Source: Microbotryum violaceum (taxonomy: Eukaryota). Taken from it: 64,000 bases of DNA. The DNA is taken from assembly GCA_001244265.2 (NCBI GenBank), contig CDLV01000008.1, positions 620,001-684,000 of the forward strand. Reading direction: 5' to 3'. The notes beneath the pieces were generated by a model. The model was not told the origin of the DNA. It made no database searches and saw only the letters and a program-made list of their open reading frames with translations. Each line of letters begins with the position of its first letter. Positions within the stretch are counted from its first letter, which is position 1. Made by a program: the position numbers and the translations under genes. This document shows positions 63,474 through 64,000 of the stretch, in pieces.

Positions 63474-64000
63474 ACGACGGGGGAGAAGGCGGCGTCGGAG
63501 CTGGGATCCGAGTAGGCCCAGACGGTCGGTACTGGTGTGGGTGTCGGGGCGTCGATCGAGACTATGAAAGAGGGAAGGTAAGATGGCTAGTCAAGTACGA
63601 GGTTGATGGTTGTACTGACGTGTCATTGCGGCTAGAACCGTGGCGATGAAGGTGAGCTGCACGTGACTTTGGGCCCGAAATTGTCAGAGGCCGACGTGCT
63701 GCGCCCACTTCTGAAAATTGGGGCGAGCGTGTTTGGTTGCCGGTTGTAGACGGTTGTGGTTATCCGGTCCGAAAGCGGGCACAGGGTGGTGCAACCCACA
63801 GAAAGCCGGTGGGTGGTCAAGCGGAGCTTTCTGCTTGCAGCCACGACCGCTGAGCCGCGGACACGAACTGGCGGTGACGACGCGGTGAACGCTTGCTCGC
63901 TCGGCCAGATCTCACGTTAATGCATTAGTCAGCAAGGTCTGGCGCTATGACCGCCTACAAGCTTCCTCGGCGTTCTGCCTCCTTCCATCCACGCTTGCGC

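Overview
Eukaryotic, intron-rich, GC-rich fungal DNA. Intron signals (GTGAGT/GTAAGT donors, CTGAC branch points) and gene content point to a basidiomycete, plausibly a Microbotryomycete; this is inference, no database was searched. Recognisable genes in order: a UPF0187/bestrophin-like channel, a GLFG nucleoporin Nup98, a class I cAMP phosphodiesterase, AP-3 delta adaptin, a disrupted secreted Cys-repeat PriA/CPL1-like gene, Bud27/URI, a DHX57-like DEAH helicase, an aquaglyceroporin, a mitochondrial phosphate carrier, an MFS sugar transporter, a velvet protein, TSC2, GPI11/PIG-F and a 3-ketoacyl-CoA thiolase. Intergenic regions hold two Helitron remnants, a possible pogo/mariner-like end and two adjacent non-autonomous TIR elements, each with flanking direct repeats. 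The most notable observations are a Nup98 that stops exactly at the autoproteolysis site with no Nup96, an 8-repeat secreted gene with intact splice sites but three coding lesions, the paired TIR elements in a divergent promoter, and three GC-AG introns. I found no CRISPR array, rRNA or tRNA, and no clearly novel multi-gene system. Gene spans were spliced by eye and are approximate.
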